Below, piece after piece: positions 1-10,364 of a stretch of DNA of 64,000 bases. The translations under genes and the position numbers were made by a program. Location of the stretch: positions 26,085-90,084 of the forward strand of contig JBAXUE010000001.1 in assembly GCA_037129835.1 (NCBI GenBank). Direction: 5' to 3'. The notes below the pieces were generated by a model. That model searched no databases. It saw only the letters and a program-made list of their open reading frames with translations, and was not told the DNA's origin. This stretch comes from a bacterium. Lineage in GTDB: Bacteria; Patescibacteriota; CPR2; UBA1875; CAIMLA01. Positions within the stretch are counted from its first letter, which is position 1. Each line of letters starts with the position of its first letter.

Positions 1-634
1 CGACTTGGTGAATCAGCTTGTCGGTATTCTTGGCACCAAGTGCTAAAACGATAGGGAAGGAATCAGCAGCTACAAATTCGTTGTTATATCTTATTTTACC
101 AATCAGTTCCTGTGTCCTTAGATTTTGCAATCGATCTAGGCCTTTAGTGAGTTTGCCTTCTAAGATTTCGGGCTTAGCAGAAGTGGTGAAATCTATACCC
201 AAGTGGTCGGGTTGCTCGGGTCTTGCACTTATTTCTAAAAAACTATCAATTCCTCTAAATTGGTCCTCAGCATCGGACACCTGTAAGACTATTGAGTTAT
301 CACCAAACCAAGCCTCATTCGAACCAAAATAAGTGAAAACTAACTTGTAAGCGTCTTCGCTCCTTTTTTCAAGAATTCTTTTGTGGTTCAATTCCTCATA
401 CCTAACATCGAGGGGTCTATAAAGACGAGATAATCTGTCCTGAAGTTTTTGGTTTTGATGATCTGAGAGTTCAATGTCGCCTCGCTGTTCTAGACTCTGG
501 GCATAGTTATAATAGTGTCCGTGAACCCTCTCTGTATTAAGTCGAGAATCTACATATTTAGTGACTTCTCGATAGTCAGGCTCATTGGCTTCGAGTCTTT
601 CTCTATGATAAGTGTTGGGTGTTTCGCCGTTCAT
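1..634 (-). CDS. Hypothetical protein running off the left edge, possible PD-(D/E)XK-like fold (not in ORF track)
   Basis: Manual translation from ATG at 634 (MNGETPNTYHRERLE...) stays open to the window edge; contains EDQFRGID...LGIDFT; TGnTATAAT lies 6 nt upstream of the ATG. Confidence 0.75.
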   Translation of the reverse strand, partial: MNGETPNTYHRERLEANEPDYREVTKYVDSRLNTERVHGHYYNYAQSLEQRGDIELSDHQNQKLQDRLSRLYRPLDVRYEELNHKRILEKRSEDAYKLVFTYFGSNEAWFGDNSIVLQVSDAEDQFRGIDSFLEISARPEQPDHLGIDFTTSAKPEILEGKLTKGLDRLQNLRTQELIGKIRYNNEFVAADSFPIVLALGAKNTDKLIHQV

Positions 635-839
635 ACTGCTATTATAACAAACTATGTTAATCCTTTCAGGATTATATAACCATATCTAACCTTTACTGTT
701 CATAATCAGAACCAAGAACAGATCTCCAGCGTCTTGTTTCTTCTAAGATTAAGCGTAAATGAATCCGGATCAGGTTCACCAATATTATTGGAAAAATAAT
801 AGACCGTAACAGGCTATTTTTCTATGCTATAATTCACAT

Positions 840-2237
840 ATGAGCGAAAAACATGGTGAAAATAGTCCCCGGACTTCTGATTCAGAACTTCTTAGCGAAA
901 CAATGCCGCAGTCAGTGGAAAAAGAAAAGCAAAATCTTCTGGCCGAATCTGACTTCTTAGAATCTCACACTACTCATCTTGAACGAGGGTATCAGATTTC
1001 AGAGATAAAAGAATCTTTGATTTCAGTCGAGAAAACCGCAGAGGAAACACAGCGAAAAATAGATGAGACAAATGAATCAATCTCCATTAAGGAACAAAAA
1101 ATACTGACCCGGATATTTGACTTTGTAAAAATCATAAAGCTAAAACAACATTTGTCTTCATCTGAGAGTGCCCGAAAATCTCAGCAAGAAGAAGTCACCA
1201 AAATCAAAGATGAACTTTCTGCTCTAGAAAACCTACACCAAACCGAGAAAGCCCAACTCAATCTGACGGTTATAGACTTTCTAAAATCAGAAGAGGTCAA
1301 CACTGAAGCAACGGGGATAGCTATAGAAACAAAGAAAGCGGAACTTGAAAGCATTCGTGCTGCTAGGGATGTGTCGGCAATGAGCGAAAAAGAAGATTGT
1401 TTGGTTTTTCATACACTTATGCCAAAGGGCTATATTCCAGGAACAACCTTTAAGACCGCGCCGACTGATAATTCCCCACTTGATTACGAGGTGGCAGCAG
1501 CTAGTGGAGTAAGGCTAATTGCGGATATTACCTTGGGCTATGACATCGAACTGAGCTGTTGCACGTTGCGAGAAGGTAGCAAAGATACGATATGGCCAGG
1601 CGCAGGCGGTTTTATTATAGGTGGTGGTTCGGTGAGGATGGCGGCTGATCAGGACATGGCCACATCTGTTGACTCTGAAACTGGTCGTCGTTCTCGACCT
1701 AATGGCTCGGGAGCGAGTGGTGAAGCGGGGCTACATGGGAGAAAAGATAATTTTGTTCGCAACGAAGAAGATCTACATTTTGCTATCGCCGGTAAGGGGA
1801 GAGATGTGCCGGGAAACCACAATGAGTTGGTTGTAGAATCACCAGATATTTCTGGGGTATTTATAAACATAGCCCCAGATGCTCAGGTTATCTTTTGGGA
1901 TGAAGCTATGAGAAATGAGTTTATGCAAGAAGATACTGGTTATAATAGCGGATCATATCTTGCAGAATCATCTTTTCAAGATATCATTGATATCTCTAAA
2001 CAGAACGAACTACCAATTTATGCGATGTACAAGGGAGAGGCGTTTAAGGTTGGCCCGTCAGTTCAGAGGGTAAAAACTAGAGGTGTCTATAGCACCCCAA
2101 ATCGTCTTCCTTTTAAGGAGATTACTCTGATTCCAGGCGTTGTTTCCTTTGAAGAAATCAGAGGTCAAGAAACTGGTGTTACCGACGATAACAAACAGGC
2201 AGCTAAGGACCGGGTCCCCTTAGAGGTTTTTAAGTAA
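840..2237 (+). CDS. Hypothetical protein, acidic coiled-coil N-terminus plus globular C-domain
   Basis: 465-aa ORF; TATAAT at 828-833 then 6 nt then ATG. Confidence 0.75.
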   Translation: MSEKHGENSPRTSDSELLSETMPQSVEKEKQNLLAESDFLESHTTHLERGYQISEIKESLISVEKTAEETQRKIDETNESISIKEQKILTRIFDFVKIIKLKQHLSSSESARKSQQEEVTKIKDELSALENLHQTEKAQLNLTVIDFLKSEEVNTEATGIAIETKKAELESIRAARDVSAMSEKEDCLVFHTLMPKGYIPGTTFKTAPTDNSPLDYEVAAASGVRLIADITLGYDIELSCCTLREGSKDTIWPGAGGFIIGGGSVRMAADQDMATSVDSETGRRSRPNGSGASGEAGLHGRKDNFVRNEEDLHFAIAGKGRDVPGNHNELVVESPDISGVFINIAPDAQVIFWDEAMRNEFMQEDTGYNSGSYLAESSFQDIIDISKQNELPIYAMYKGEAFKVGPSVQRVKTRGVYSTPNRLPFKEITLIPGVVSFEEIRGQETGVTDDNKQAAKDRVPLEVFK

Positions 2238-2302
2238 AAACTGTAAAGTAGTTTTTAGGGAAGTTTATACTTTGTAGAAGATTAATCGAAGTAAAATATT
2301 TT

Positions 2303-2611
2303 ATGGGGAAAATAACAAAAAAGAATATAATAATTATTTGCATAGTAATATTGATAGGGCTAATAGCCGTCTTGTCTGTCTATTTGGGTTTTGTAGGGAT
2401 AAGTACTTGCGGTGGGATTGATGGAAAAATGTGTCCGAATGGCTTTTCATGTGTGTACCCAAGATCTATTGGTACTACTTTCGCGGACGAAAGAGGAAGC
2501 TGCGTATTAAATTTTGAAATAAATAAAAAAGAAGTGACCGATCTAGACTGTAATCCACCCGTAGGTGCACCAGCGAATTGGGAAGCTCCCTATAGCTGCC
2601 TAGTTCGTTAG
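2303..2611 (+). CDS. Small membrane-anchored Cys-rich extracellular protein
   Basis: N-terminal TM helix then CGGIDGKMCPNGFSC...C...C...C. Confidence 0.65.
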   Translation: MGKITKKNIIIICIVILIGLIAVLSVYLGFVGISTCGGIDGKMCPNGFSCVYPRSIGTTFADERGSCVLNFEINKKEVTDLDCNPPVGAPANWEAPYSCLVR

Positions 2612-2790
2612 ATTTTGTATCATCTTTTTTGGGGAGATAAAAAGCATAAAGTTTCAGCGAAGTTATTTTTTTATATTTTCCGTTTGTAATCCACTTTGAT
2701 ATATCCTGCGCAGTAATATTGGATTTTTAAATAGCATTATTTTTGATTATGATATAATTTAGCCATATTATAGATAACAAAGGAGTAATA

Positions 2791-4152
2791 ATGGGAGCTG
2801 AACAAAATGGGCCTGAACCACAAGACATGAACAGAGATCAAGGAGAGTTGGCTCCGCAGATTATTCCAGAAAAATCTGCCGGTCTAGACAGAAGAAGTTT
2901 CCTTAAATATATGGCAACCTTCGCAATCGGTGCAGCAACAGGGACTTTGGCAGACGAGGTTATAAGGAACAGACCTGATTCCGAAGCTCAGGAAACACAA
3001 GAAGCATTATTGTTTAGAAGCGGTGAAATCATCAATGATCCAAACTGCCCCATGGCTATAGACGGATGGCGTTTAGTATTTGACGGGCATAGCCAAGGAG
3101 ATTACTTTAAGGCTGAGGCTGAAAAATATCGAACTCTGCATCCAGATGTGAAAACTAGTGATTTATTGCAGATTGAATTGTCTTTAGTTATACCCGATGC
3201 TAGTCTGTATGGAAGACCTATTCGAATTTCAGAAGTAGGCAGTGCTTCTGCCATGATGTTTGATCAGCTAACTTTTACTAGCGGGGAATTGGGGGGTAAA
3301 AAGGCTTCGGCAGTTAGGTTGGGTCCTGGTAGGCATCATGTGATTGTTAAGCGGGTGGGAGCGGGAGGAACTATAGTAGGTGAAAGAATATACACCGTAG
3401 ATATGGGCATAGAAGAAAAAGTATCTACCGAAAGACCTATCAGTGAAGATGTTCTTAGAAGCGTTGCGGATTTGCAAGATAAGTTTGAGCACTTAATAGG
3501 CGCAGACATGTATACTTATTTTTTCGCGGATACAGAAGATCAACAAAACGGCTACTATCTCGGCGATGCAAGAACTGCTATAGCTGACTCATACGTACTA
3601 AATCCTAAGGTACCCGGAGAAGCTCTTGGTGTGGCTTTTCATGAATATTGTCACTGTATGGTGGATTCACTAAGTATGTCGGAGCAAAATGAAGATATTG
3701 ATGAGTCGGAGTCATTACTTCAAAAAAGTCGCTGTCTACTAAGTTTAGCAGACTCATACAAGGACGTTGTGATTAAGTCTGGCTACGAATATCCGATTCA
3801 GGAAGACCTGATAGCGGGAGCCCCAGACGGCATAGAAGACAATAATTTATTTCGATTTTTCGACGAAAGCGCATATGAGAAGGTAGATACAGGGGGACAC
3901 CCTTATTCAAACTATTCAGAGTTATTCGCCTCTACCGTAAATGTTCTTCGTAGTTATCCGGATGAGTTTTTGGCTAAATTTCAATCCGCAGGCAACGATA
4001 GGGAAATTATTATTGGAGTGGTCCAGAGCGTTGTTAATATTCTTGAGTTAAGAGAAGAGGGCGAGTCAGTAAAAGCGCTTGTACCGGAAATAGATAAAGT
4101 GAAGGCAGTGCTGGGAATAAAGCAGGGGCCAAAGATAGTATATCTTGGCTAA
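2791..4152 (+). CDS. Putative exported zinc metallopeptidase (HExxH) with twin-arginine-like motif
   Basis: DRRSFLK followed by hydrophobic stretch; HEYCH and downstream SELFA; SD AAGGAG. Confidence 0.6.
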   Translation: MGAEQNGPEPQDMNRDQGELAPQIIPEKSAGLDRRSFLKYMATFAIGAATGTLADEVIRNRPDSEAQETQEALLFRSGEIINDPNCPMAIDGWRLVFDGHSQGDYFKAEAEKYRTLHPDVKTSDLLQIELSLVIPDASLYGRPIRISEVGSASAMMFDQLTFTSGELGGKKASAVRLGPGRHHVIVKRVGAGGTIVGERIYTVDMGIEEKVSTERPISEDVLRSVADLQDKFEHLIGADMYTYFFADTEDQQNGYYLGDARTAIADSYVLNPKVPGEALGVAFHEYCHCMVDSLSMSEQNEDIDESESLLQKSRCLLSLADSYKDVVIKSGYEYPIQEDLIAGAPDGIEDNNLFRFFDESAYEKVDTGGHPYSNYSELFASTVNVLRSYPDEFLAKFQSAGNDREIIIGVVQSVVNILELREEGESVKALVPEIDKVKAVLGIKQGPKIVYLG

Positions 4153-4199
4153 ATAGTGCTTCTTTGTGGGTATTTTTCTGTTCATGGTATACTTTTATC

Positions 4200-4919
4200 A
4201 TGATAGAAAACAATAACGAAGAAAATTACTCAATGTCGACTTTCAACGCAAAAGAGCATGCAAAGGAACTAACAGAAAAACTTATCATTAAAAAAGATGC
4301 TGGTGTTCTCAGGGCACGGGCGGAGGTTGACGAATTAGCTGATCGTCTTGGTCTAGAAATCGACCCTGGGATAAAGGAAACTGTAGTAGCTTTAAGGGCC
4401 TCTGGGTTAAACACAACTCAGTCTTGCGAGGGTCATAGTGGTCCAGGTCTACCCTGGCCTTGGGTAGATGTAGTGGCTCCAGGCGAACCCGAAGAAAGAT
4501 GGGAAGGTGAGCTCGCAGAGTTTTTAAGGGTCGCTGTCGAAAAGGGTTTGAATTTTGACAACTTAAGAAGGGGTGATCCACTTGATATCTATCAGCAAAT
4601 TATTAATCAAGTCTCTAACAATCCTCAAACCGCACAATTTGAAGAATGGCGTGCTAGTAATGGTGAATTGGGCAAGCGGCTAGAGCAGTTATTAAGTGAA
4701 TTTTACGTTGGCAGAATGGTAGATGAGGCTGTTCGCATAAGGATTGATCAAGGCGAACTCACCGGATCAAGACTGCAAAGCTTCGAACAAAAAGCCGGAG
4801 ATTTTGTTTTTGAATATACTTCTGTGGACTCGGAAAAGCATCAAGGAGAGATCCCTCTTCTAGAAAAAAGAAGGGCAGAAATGAATGCGTTTGCTGAATT
4901 TTTACTAACAAGGAGTTAA
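4200..4919 (+). CDS. Hypothetical protein (IDPGI...TTQSCEGH motif)
   Basis: Long ORF; start moved to ATG 4200, 6 nt after TG-n-TATACT. Confidence 0.7.
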   Translation: MIENNNEENYSMSTFNAKEHAKELTEKLIIKKDAGVLRARAEVDELADRLGLEIDPGIKETVVALRASGLNTTQSCEGHSGPGLPWPWVDVVAPGEPEERWEGELAEFLRVAVEKGLNFDNLRRGDPLDIYQQIINQVSNNPQTAQFEEWRASNGELGKRLEQLLSEFYVGRMVDEAVRIRIDQGELTGSRLQSFEQKAGDFVFEYTSVDSEKHQGEIPLLEKRRAEMNAFAEFLLTRS

Positions 4920-4920
4920 A

Positions 4921-5691
4921 ATAGAGACAAGAAAGATTACTGCAAATTCAAAAAATTTCGATTATGAGTTTTATGGAGATTATAGAAAAAGCGCCATAGA
5001 CGAGTTTATAAGAACCCAAGAAATTGACTTGGGAAAAATTATTGAATTTTTAGGCGAAAAACTACCCGATACAAGGTTTGTTTATAAAATATATCCGACA
5101 ATCGAAGAAAAAAGAGCGGGTGACCCCTTCCATAGTAGTTCCTATGCTTGTGCAAGACTAAAGACTATCTATCGTGTGCTCGGAGAGGCTATGCCAAACC
5201 CTAGCTTTCCACACGAAATAGTTCATTTGGTTATGCACGCAATTAGTCCAATATACGACTGGAAGATAGAGCTGGATACTTTTGATGGCAAAAAACAAAA
5301 GGAAACAGTCTCGATGGATTCGATTTCATATTTACAAGAGGGCCTGGCATTACTAATCGATGAAATAGTTTTTGGGAATAAGTTACGGGAAGCAGGAGAA
5401 TATCGGTACATAAACGAATGGGTCCATTACAATCAAGGAAAACACAATATCAAAGTAAGACAGCAAATAGAATTTTATGAATTCTGCGCTCAGAATCCAA
5501 TCTATGGAACACCTTTATGTGGATCTTTTTGCATGTATTTAGTGAAACAATATGGTTTGCCTAAATTTTTAGAATTATATAGGGGGGCCTCTGAGCTTTT
5601 TTCCAAGGAAAAGAACATTTTAATAATAGAGGCAACATATAGTAAACCGCTAAGTGATCTAGAAAGAGACTGGGGCGCTTCGCTTTTATAG
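4921..5691 (+). CDS. Peptidase MA-like (gluzincin) protein; start uncertain (ATA 4921 or TTG 5029)
   Basis: HEIVH plus downstream QEGLA; frame open from 4909. Confidence 0.6.
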   Translation: METRKITANSKNFDYEFYGDYRKSAIDEFIRTQEIDLGKIIEFLGEKLPDTRFVYKIYPTIEEKRAGDPFHSSSYACARLKTIYRVLGEAMPNPSFPHEIVHLVMHAISPIYDWKIELDTFDGKKQKETVSMDSISYLQEGLALLIDEIVFGNKLREAGEYRYINEWVHYNQGKHNIKVRQQIEFYEFCAQNPIYGTPLCGSFCMYLVKQYGLPKFLELYRGASELFSKEKNILIIEATYSKPLSDLERDWGASLL

Positions 5692-5828
5692 TAGCTCGGT
5701 GTTATCGCCTTAGCAGCTGTAGGATTCGGGATATGGTTTTTTGGGAAAAATAAAAAAATATCTTCCAAGTAAATTAATATTCCTGTCAAACCAGATTCGT
5801 ATTTTAAAAGAGGTTTTTATGACCTCTT

Positions 5829-6086
5829 TTAAAATATTGATTTTTCGATACCTTCGTCTAGATATTTTATGCGCTTAAAACAGGCGATACCAGTCATAAT
5901 AAACAACAAAGTAGTGATTATCATAATAAACAAGCAACTGCCACCCACGAACATATAGTTTATTGAATCTATGGTACCGATCATTCTCATCGTTATGTCG
6001 ATTATTAACAATGTCACGATGGCCGTCAATAGTGTGACAACAGTCATTATTCCCCAAGCTATTACTCCCTCAAATTCTTTTGTCAA
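5829..6086 (-). CDS. Small two-TM membrane protein
   Basis: Two hydrophobic helices; directly downstream of 6096-6722 on the same strand. Confidence 0.55.
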   Translation of the reverse strand: MTKEFEGVIAWGIMTVVTLLTAIVTLLIIDITMRMIGTIDSINYMFVGGSCLFIMIITTLLFIMTGIACFKRIKYLDEGIEKSIF

Positions 6087-6095
6087 AACACACCT

Positions 6096-6722
6096 TTATT
6101 TCTTCCATTTTTCTTGTGTTCTTTGCACGATACCGCTAATAACAATTTCTTTTAACCAGAAGCTAGGGTAATCACCACCATTGGCTGCTATTACACGATC
6201 GCAATTAGCATTCCATTCTTTTTCGTCCTTACTGCTTTCCATTAGGGCGATGACTGCTTCTGGAGAAGTAAGATCTACTGTAGATTCTTTTTCTGGTATA
6301 TCCATAAGTTCATTTGATTCGTCAAAATATTTATTTTGTTTATCTATCTTCTTGCTCAACTCGTCTTTATTGTAATCTGGGTTTATATAATTTTTATAAT
6401 CACCCTTGCCATCATCTCTAGGTGTAGCGACGGTTTCAGTATGAGTAGAGTGTCCAACTACCACTTTACGGACAATTTGGCTTCCTACAACGAGCCCTGT
6501 GTCAGGATCTATTTCGAGCCCGGCTTCAAGCGCATATATGGGATCGCCTTTTACAATTTCACTTACCAACATGTCTGGAGGATTCTCTTTATTGTTATCA
6601 AATTTATCCAAATGTTGATTTTTTTTATTTTCTGAATTAGTGTAGCCATTCTCATTTGATTCATTTTTCGGAAATTTTTCATTTTTTGAGATATCTGAAG
6701 ATTTATCTCCTCTATTTTCCAT
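6096..6722 (-). CDS. Hypothetical protein with C-terminal WNANCD...DYPxFW domain
   Basis: SD AAGGAG; C-terminal ~58 aa repeated at 38441-38617. Confidence 0.75.
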   Translation of the reverse strand: MENRGDKSSDISKNEKFPKNESNENGYTNSENKKNQHLDKFDNNKENPPDMLVSEIVKGDPIYALEAGLEIDPDTGLVVGSQIVRKVVVGHSTHTETVATPRDDGKGDYKNYINPDYNKDELSKKIDKQNKYFDESNELMDIPEKESTVDLTSPEAVIALMESSKDEKEWNANCDRVIAANGGDYPSFWLKEIVISGIVQRTQEKWKK

Positions 6723-6809
6723 ATGTGCTCCTTTATATTATTAAAATAATTATAACTCTTGGGCTTTGTTATTTCTATGTAGATTTTCTATAAATGATAT
6801 AATATAGGT

Positions 6810-7115
6810 ATGAATAAATCATTGTTACTAAAAACACTTAGAAACACTTTTTTCGCAGCTGCATATATATTCTTGGTTTCGTTGGTGATGCAAAATGGAG
6901 ATCAATGGTTTGGGAATAGCAACATGCTGGCACCATTTGTCATTTTGCTATTATTTTGTTTTTCAGCGGCCACTGTAGGATGTTTGGTATTTGGCCAATC
7001 GATATTTTTATTTTTTGATAATAAAAAGACTGAGAGCGCCAAGGCTGCAATATATAGCATAGGATGGTTTGGAGTTTATACCGTAATTGGTTTATTATTA
7101 TTAATAATTACTTAA
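6810..7115 (+). CDS. Three-TM membrane protein
   Basis: Hydrophobic ORF; TATAAT-N6-ATG. Confidence 0.7.
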   Translation: MNKSLLLKTLRNTFFAAAYIFLVSLVMQNGDQWFGNSNMLAPFVILLLFCFSAATVGCLVFGQSIFLFFDNKKTESAKAAIYSIGWFGVYTVIGLLLLIIT

Positions 7116-7128
7116 ATAAAGGAGAAAA

Positions 7129-7332
7129 ATGTACGACTATTTAATGAACCCATATGTTATTATTCCTTTAGTGGTTTGGTCCTTAACCTGGAAGGGAATG
7201 GCTCTCTGGAAAGCAGCAAAAAACGACAGCGTTCCGTGGTTCGTTGCTTTATTACTTATTAATACACTTGGTATATTAGAGATATTATATATATATTTCC
7301 CTACAAAAAACACAATACCTAAAGACAAATAA
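7129..7332 (+). CDS. DUF5652-like small membrane protein
   Basis: WKGMALWKAAKN...WFVALLLINTLGILEILY motif; SD AAGGAG. Confidence 0.75.
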   Translation: MYDYLMNPYVIIPLVVWSLTWKGMALWKAAKNDSVPWFVALLLINTLGILEILYIYFPTKNTIPKDK

Positions 7333-7416
7333 TATAACGAGAAAGTCATGGTACAGTTAATTATCGGCGGATAATTAATTGTTTGTGCTATAATAAAGCA
7401 AAAGAAAGGGCTAAAT

Positions 7417-9012
7417 ATGAAAAAGTGGCTACCGGTAATTGTACTCTCGCTCGCGTCGTTTGTGATGGTGCTCGATAGCACTGTAATGAATGTGTCTATA
7501 TCCAAGCTTGTTACGGATCTCAATACTTCAGTAGCAGGAATTCAGCTCGCTATTACACTTTTTACTCTAGTGATGGCCTCTTTTATGCTCACAGGCGGCA
7601 AAATGGGTGATATCTGGGGGCGCAGAAAGGCATTTAAAATCGGACTACTGATTTATGGGACTGGTTCGCTAATCACATCTCTTTCTCTTGGTCTACCAAT
7701 GTTGATAGCGGGATGGTCGATTGTGGAGGGTTTGGGCGCAGTACTAGTAATGCCTGCGATAGCGGCACTAACTGCGGCTAATTATCAAGGCAAAGATAGG
7801 GTGGCAGCTTTTAGTATACTCGGCGCAGTTGCCGGAGTTGCAGCAGCAGCAGGCCCTCTTATCGGTGGCGCAGTTACTACTTATCTGTCTTGGCGATATG
7901 TTTTTTCAGCAGAAACCGTAATAGTCTTGATAATATTTTTCGTTTTTGCGAATAAAATAAAGGACGTCCCCGTTACTTCGAAATCTACTTTAGATATACC
8001 AAGCGTAATCTTATCTGCGCTCGGTTTATTTTCTATAGTTTTTGGAATACTCCAGTCTAAGGTCTGGGGGTGGATTACTCCTCTCTCAGCCCCAGTAATA
8101 AATGGGCTGAAAGTTACCCCATTTGGTTTTTCTTTAGTGCCTTTTCTTATCGTTTTTGGGATAGGGATACTTTGGTGGTTTACAGCCAGACAGGAAAAAC
8201 TTAAAAACCAAGGTAAAGATCCGTTGTTAGACATATCAATGTTAAAAATACCCGCTGTTCAAGCAGGGCTTTCAAATATCACTATTCAGTATCTTTTAAC
8301 TGCAGGATTGTTTTTCGTAATGCCAATATACCTTCAAATGGTTCTCGGGTTAGACGCATTGTCTACTGGTATCAAGATATTGCCTATGTCTATCGCGCTT
8401 ATTATAGCATCTCTAGTTGGCGCTAAATTAGTAAGTAAATTTTCTCCTAAGAAAATTATAACTTGGGGTAAAATATTGCTATTGCTCGGTATGTTTACCA
8501 TATTGGCTTCCATCGATCCTGAGCTTAAAAATGGTTATTTAATAGTTGGCATGTTTTTTGTTGGTGGTGGGTTGGGCTTTATGGCATCTCAGATTGGGAA
8601 TGTTATTCTATCTGCTGTGGACGAAGACAAAACTTCGGAAGCAGGGGGACTACAGGGTACTTTTCAGAATTTTGGGTCATCCCTCGGTACCGCACTTATT
8701 GGCTCTGTTCTTATTGCGTCTCTTACCTCTGGTTTCGTTGCCACCGCTACTGGCACTTCAAGCGCGCTTCCAAGCAATGTGAAAACATATATTTCGGAGC
8801 ATACTACAGGTGGAGTAGCCGTTGTTAGTAAAAGTGAGGTTTATCAGTATTCTATAAGTAAGGGGCTAAGTATTTCAGAATCTCAAGAAATATCTGATTA
8901 TTATCTATCGGCACAGATGCAGGCACTGAAGACTTCTATGCTTGCACTTACTCTTTTGGCACTTCTGGGACTTCTATTTTCAAAAAACCTACCAGAAGAA
9001 TTAGTAAAATAG
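7417..9012 (+). CDS. MFS transporter, DHA2 (14-TM) family
   Basis: LDSTVMNV, motif A GKMGDIWGRRK, GPLIGG...SWRYVF. Confidence 0.9.
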   Translation: MKKWLPVIVLSLASFVMVLDSTVMNVSISKLVTDLNTSVAGIQLAITLFTLVMASFMLTGGKMGDIWGRRKAFKIGLLIYGTGSLITSLSLGLPMLIAGWSIVEGLGAVLVMPAIAALTAANYQGKDRVAAFSILGAVAGVAAAAGPLIGGAVTTYLSWRYVFSAETVIVLIIFFVFANKIKDVPVTSKSTLDIPSVILSALGLFSIVFGILQSKVWGWITPLSAPVINGLKVTPFGFSLVPFLIVFGIGILWWFTARQEKLKNQGKDPLLDISMLKIPAVQAGLSNITIQYLLTAGLFFVMPIYLQMVLGLDALSTGIKILPMSIALIIASLVGAKLVSKFSPKKIITWGKILLLLGMFTILASIDPELKNGYLIVGMFFVGGGLGFMASQIGNVILSAVDEDKTSEAGGLQGTFQNFGSSLGTALIGSVLIASLTSGFVATATGTSSALPSNVKTYISEHTTGGVAVVSKSEVYQYSISKGLSISESQEISDYYLSAQMQALKTSMLALTLLALLGLLFSKNLPEELVK

Positions 9013-9025
9013 TAAATTTTTGACT

Positions 9026-9688
9026 TTATATAATATATTCAGCCACTATCGGAAGGTGGTCTGAGGCTTTTGATGCAATAGCGTCTGAACTTGTTTTGGA
9101 TAGAATTTTACTTGCAAATATATAGTCGAATTGCTTCCGGGGATTGTTTGCTGGGTACGTTTTGTACTCTCCGGCGAGGTTGTAATATTTCAGTAGGGTT
9201 GATAGTTCAGAAACAGGGCCGTTGAAGTCGCCACAGAAGATAATGGGTGAATATTGTCGTATGTACTCTGTGAGATGTGATATCTGTACGTCTCTATCGA
9301 TTTTTCTAAGCCCCAAGTGGGTAGTCCCAAAATATATATTTCTATTATTAATAAATATTTCTGCTATCGCAATGCCCCTATTTTCTATTCCAGCGATTTT
9401 AGGTAGTTGGATACATTCTGAGGTTTTTATTTCCCCTTTGGTCAAAATAACGTTGCCATACCCGCCAAAAGGTCCATAAGTTACATTGCTTTGGAAAACA
9501 TATTCCATCCCGAGCATTTCTGATAACTTTTTCGGTTGATCTAAAAACGGTGGAATCTGATATACCTCATTTAGACCTACGATATCGGGGTTTTCCTTTG
9601 CTATTGCTTCGGCAATGCTCCTTAGGGAATATATCTTTCCTATTCCCTGGCCATGCCGAATGTTGTAGGACATTACTTTTAACTTCAT
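9026..9688 (-). CDS. Endonuclease/exonuclease/phosphatase family protein
   Basis: SYNI, PDIVGLNEV, THL, GDFN, DYIF, SDHLP motifs. Confidence 0.9.
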   Translation of the reverse strand: MKLKVMSYNIRHGQGIGKIYSLRSIAEAIAKENPDIVGLNEVYQIPPFLDQPKKLSEMLGMEYVFQSNVTYGPFGGYGNVILTKGEIKTSECIQLPKIAGIENRGIAIAEIFINNRNIYFGTTHLGLRKIDRDVQISHLTEYIRQYSPIIFCGDFNGPVSELSTLLKYYNLAGEYKTYPANNPRKQFDYIFASKILSKTSSDAIASKASDHLPIVAEYII

Positions 9689-9762
9689 ATTTGTATTGTA
9701 GGGTAAATGGCTGTTTTATTCTATCTTTATCCGTGAGGGTCAGTATGTGATATCATGTTTGT

Positions 9763-10323
9763 ATGATAAATTTCTATTTAACTATACTCTTGGTTTTCGG
9801 GGCATTATTAATAGTCGTGTCTAGCCTCGGCGTTATCGGCTACTTCGCCAGGGGACGTTCGGGATGGGCGATCTGGGGAATAATGATTTTCTATTGGGCG
9901 CTTTATCTGGGAGGTATTTATCTAATGATTATCACCAGAAAGGGATGTACCGGGCACTTGTATTGTGACCTCGGTTCCGTTAGTGGTCTTACCATGGTCG
10001 TTTTTGGTTATAGCGCTATTGGTTTTTACTTACTGACGATATATTCTTATACGTCATTGATTCGAAAAGTAAAAAAATTGAACTTTTCAGATCGATTTGC
10101 TGAAGAGATTCGTAGACAACATACAAACGCCGTTATCGTTTTTTTCTTTACTACCTGGGTTGCAGCAGGCTTTGTCTATTTGATTCATCTCAGGGCTGGC
10201 AGAATCATTAGACAGGCACTAAAAAATCCAAACCAAACAGATAGAAAAGCTTTAGAAGCCGAGCTAGATGAGGTATTCGGCCGCAAAGTCGACTGGCACA
10301 AGAAGAAAAAGACTAAAGTATAA
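9763..10323 (+). CDS. Membrane protein (about 4 TM) with Lys-rich tail
   Basis: Hydrophobic segments; TATCAT-N6-ATG. Confidence 0.65.
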   Translation: MINFYLTILLVFGALLIVVSSLGVIGYFARGRSGWAIWGIMIFYWALYLGGIYLMIITRKGCTGHLYCDLGSVSGLTMVVFGYSAIGFYLLTIYSYTSLIRKVKKLNFSDRFAEEIRRQHTNAVIVFFFTTWVAAGFVYLIHLRAGRIIRQALKNPNQTDRKALEAELDEVFGRKVDWHKKKKTKV

Positions 10324-10364
10324 ACAATTGGGATAATAATCATATAACGAGTTAGGAATACAAG

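Noticed and set aside
18-332. 104-aa plus-strand ORF
   Set aside because: Shadow of the longer minus-strand frame starting at 634
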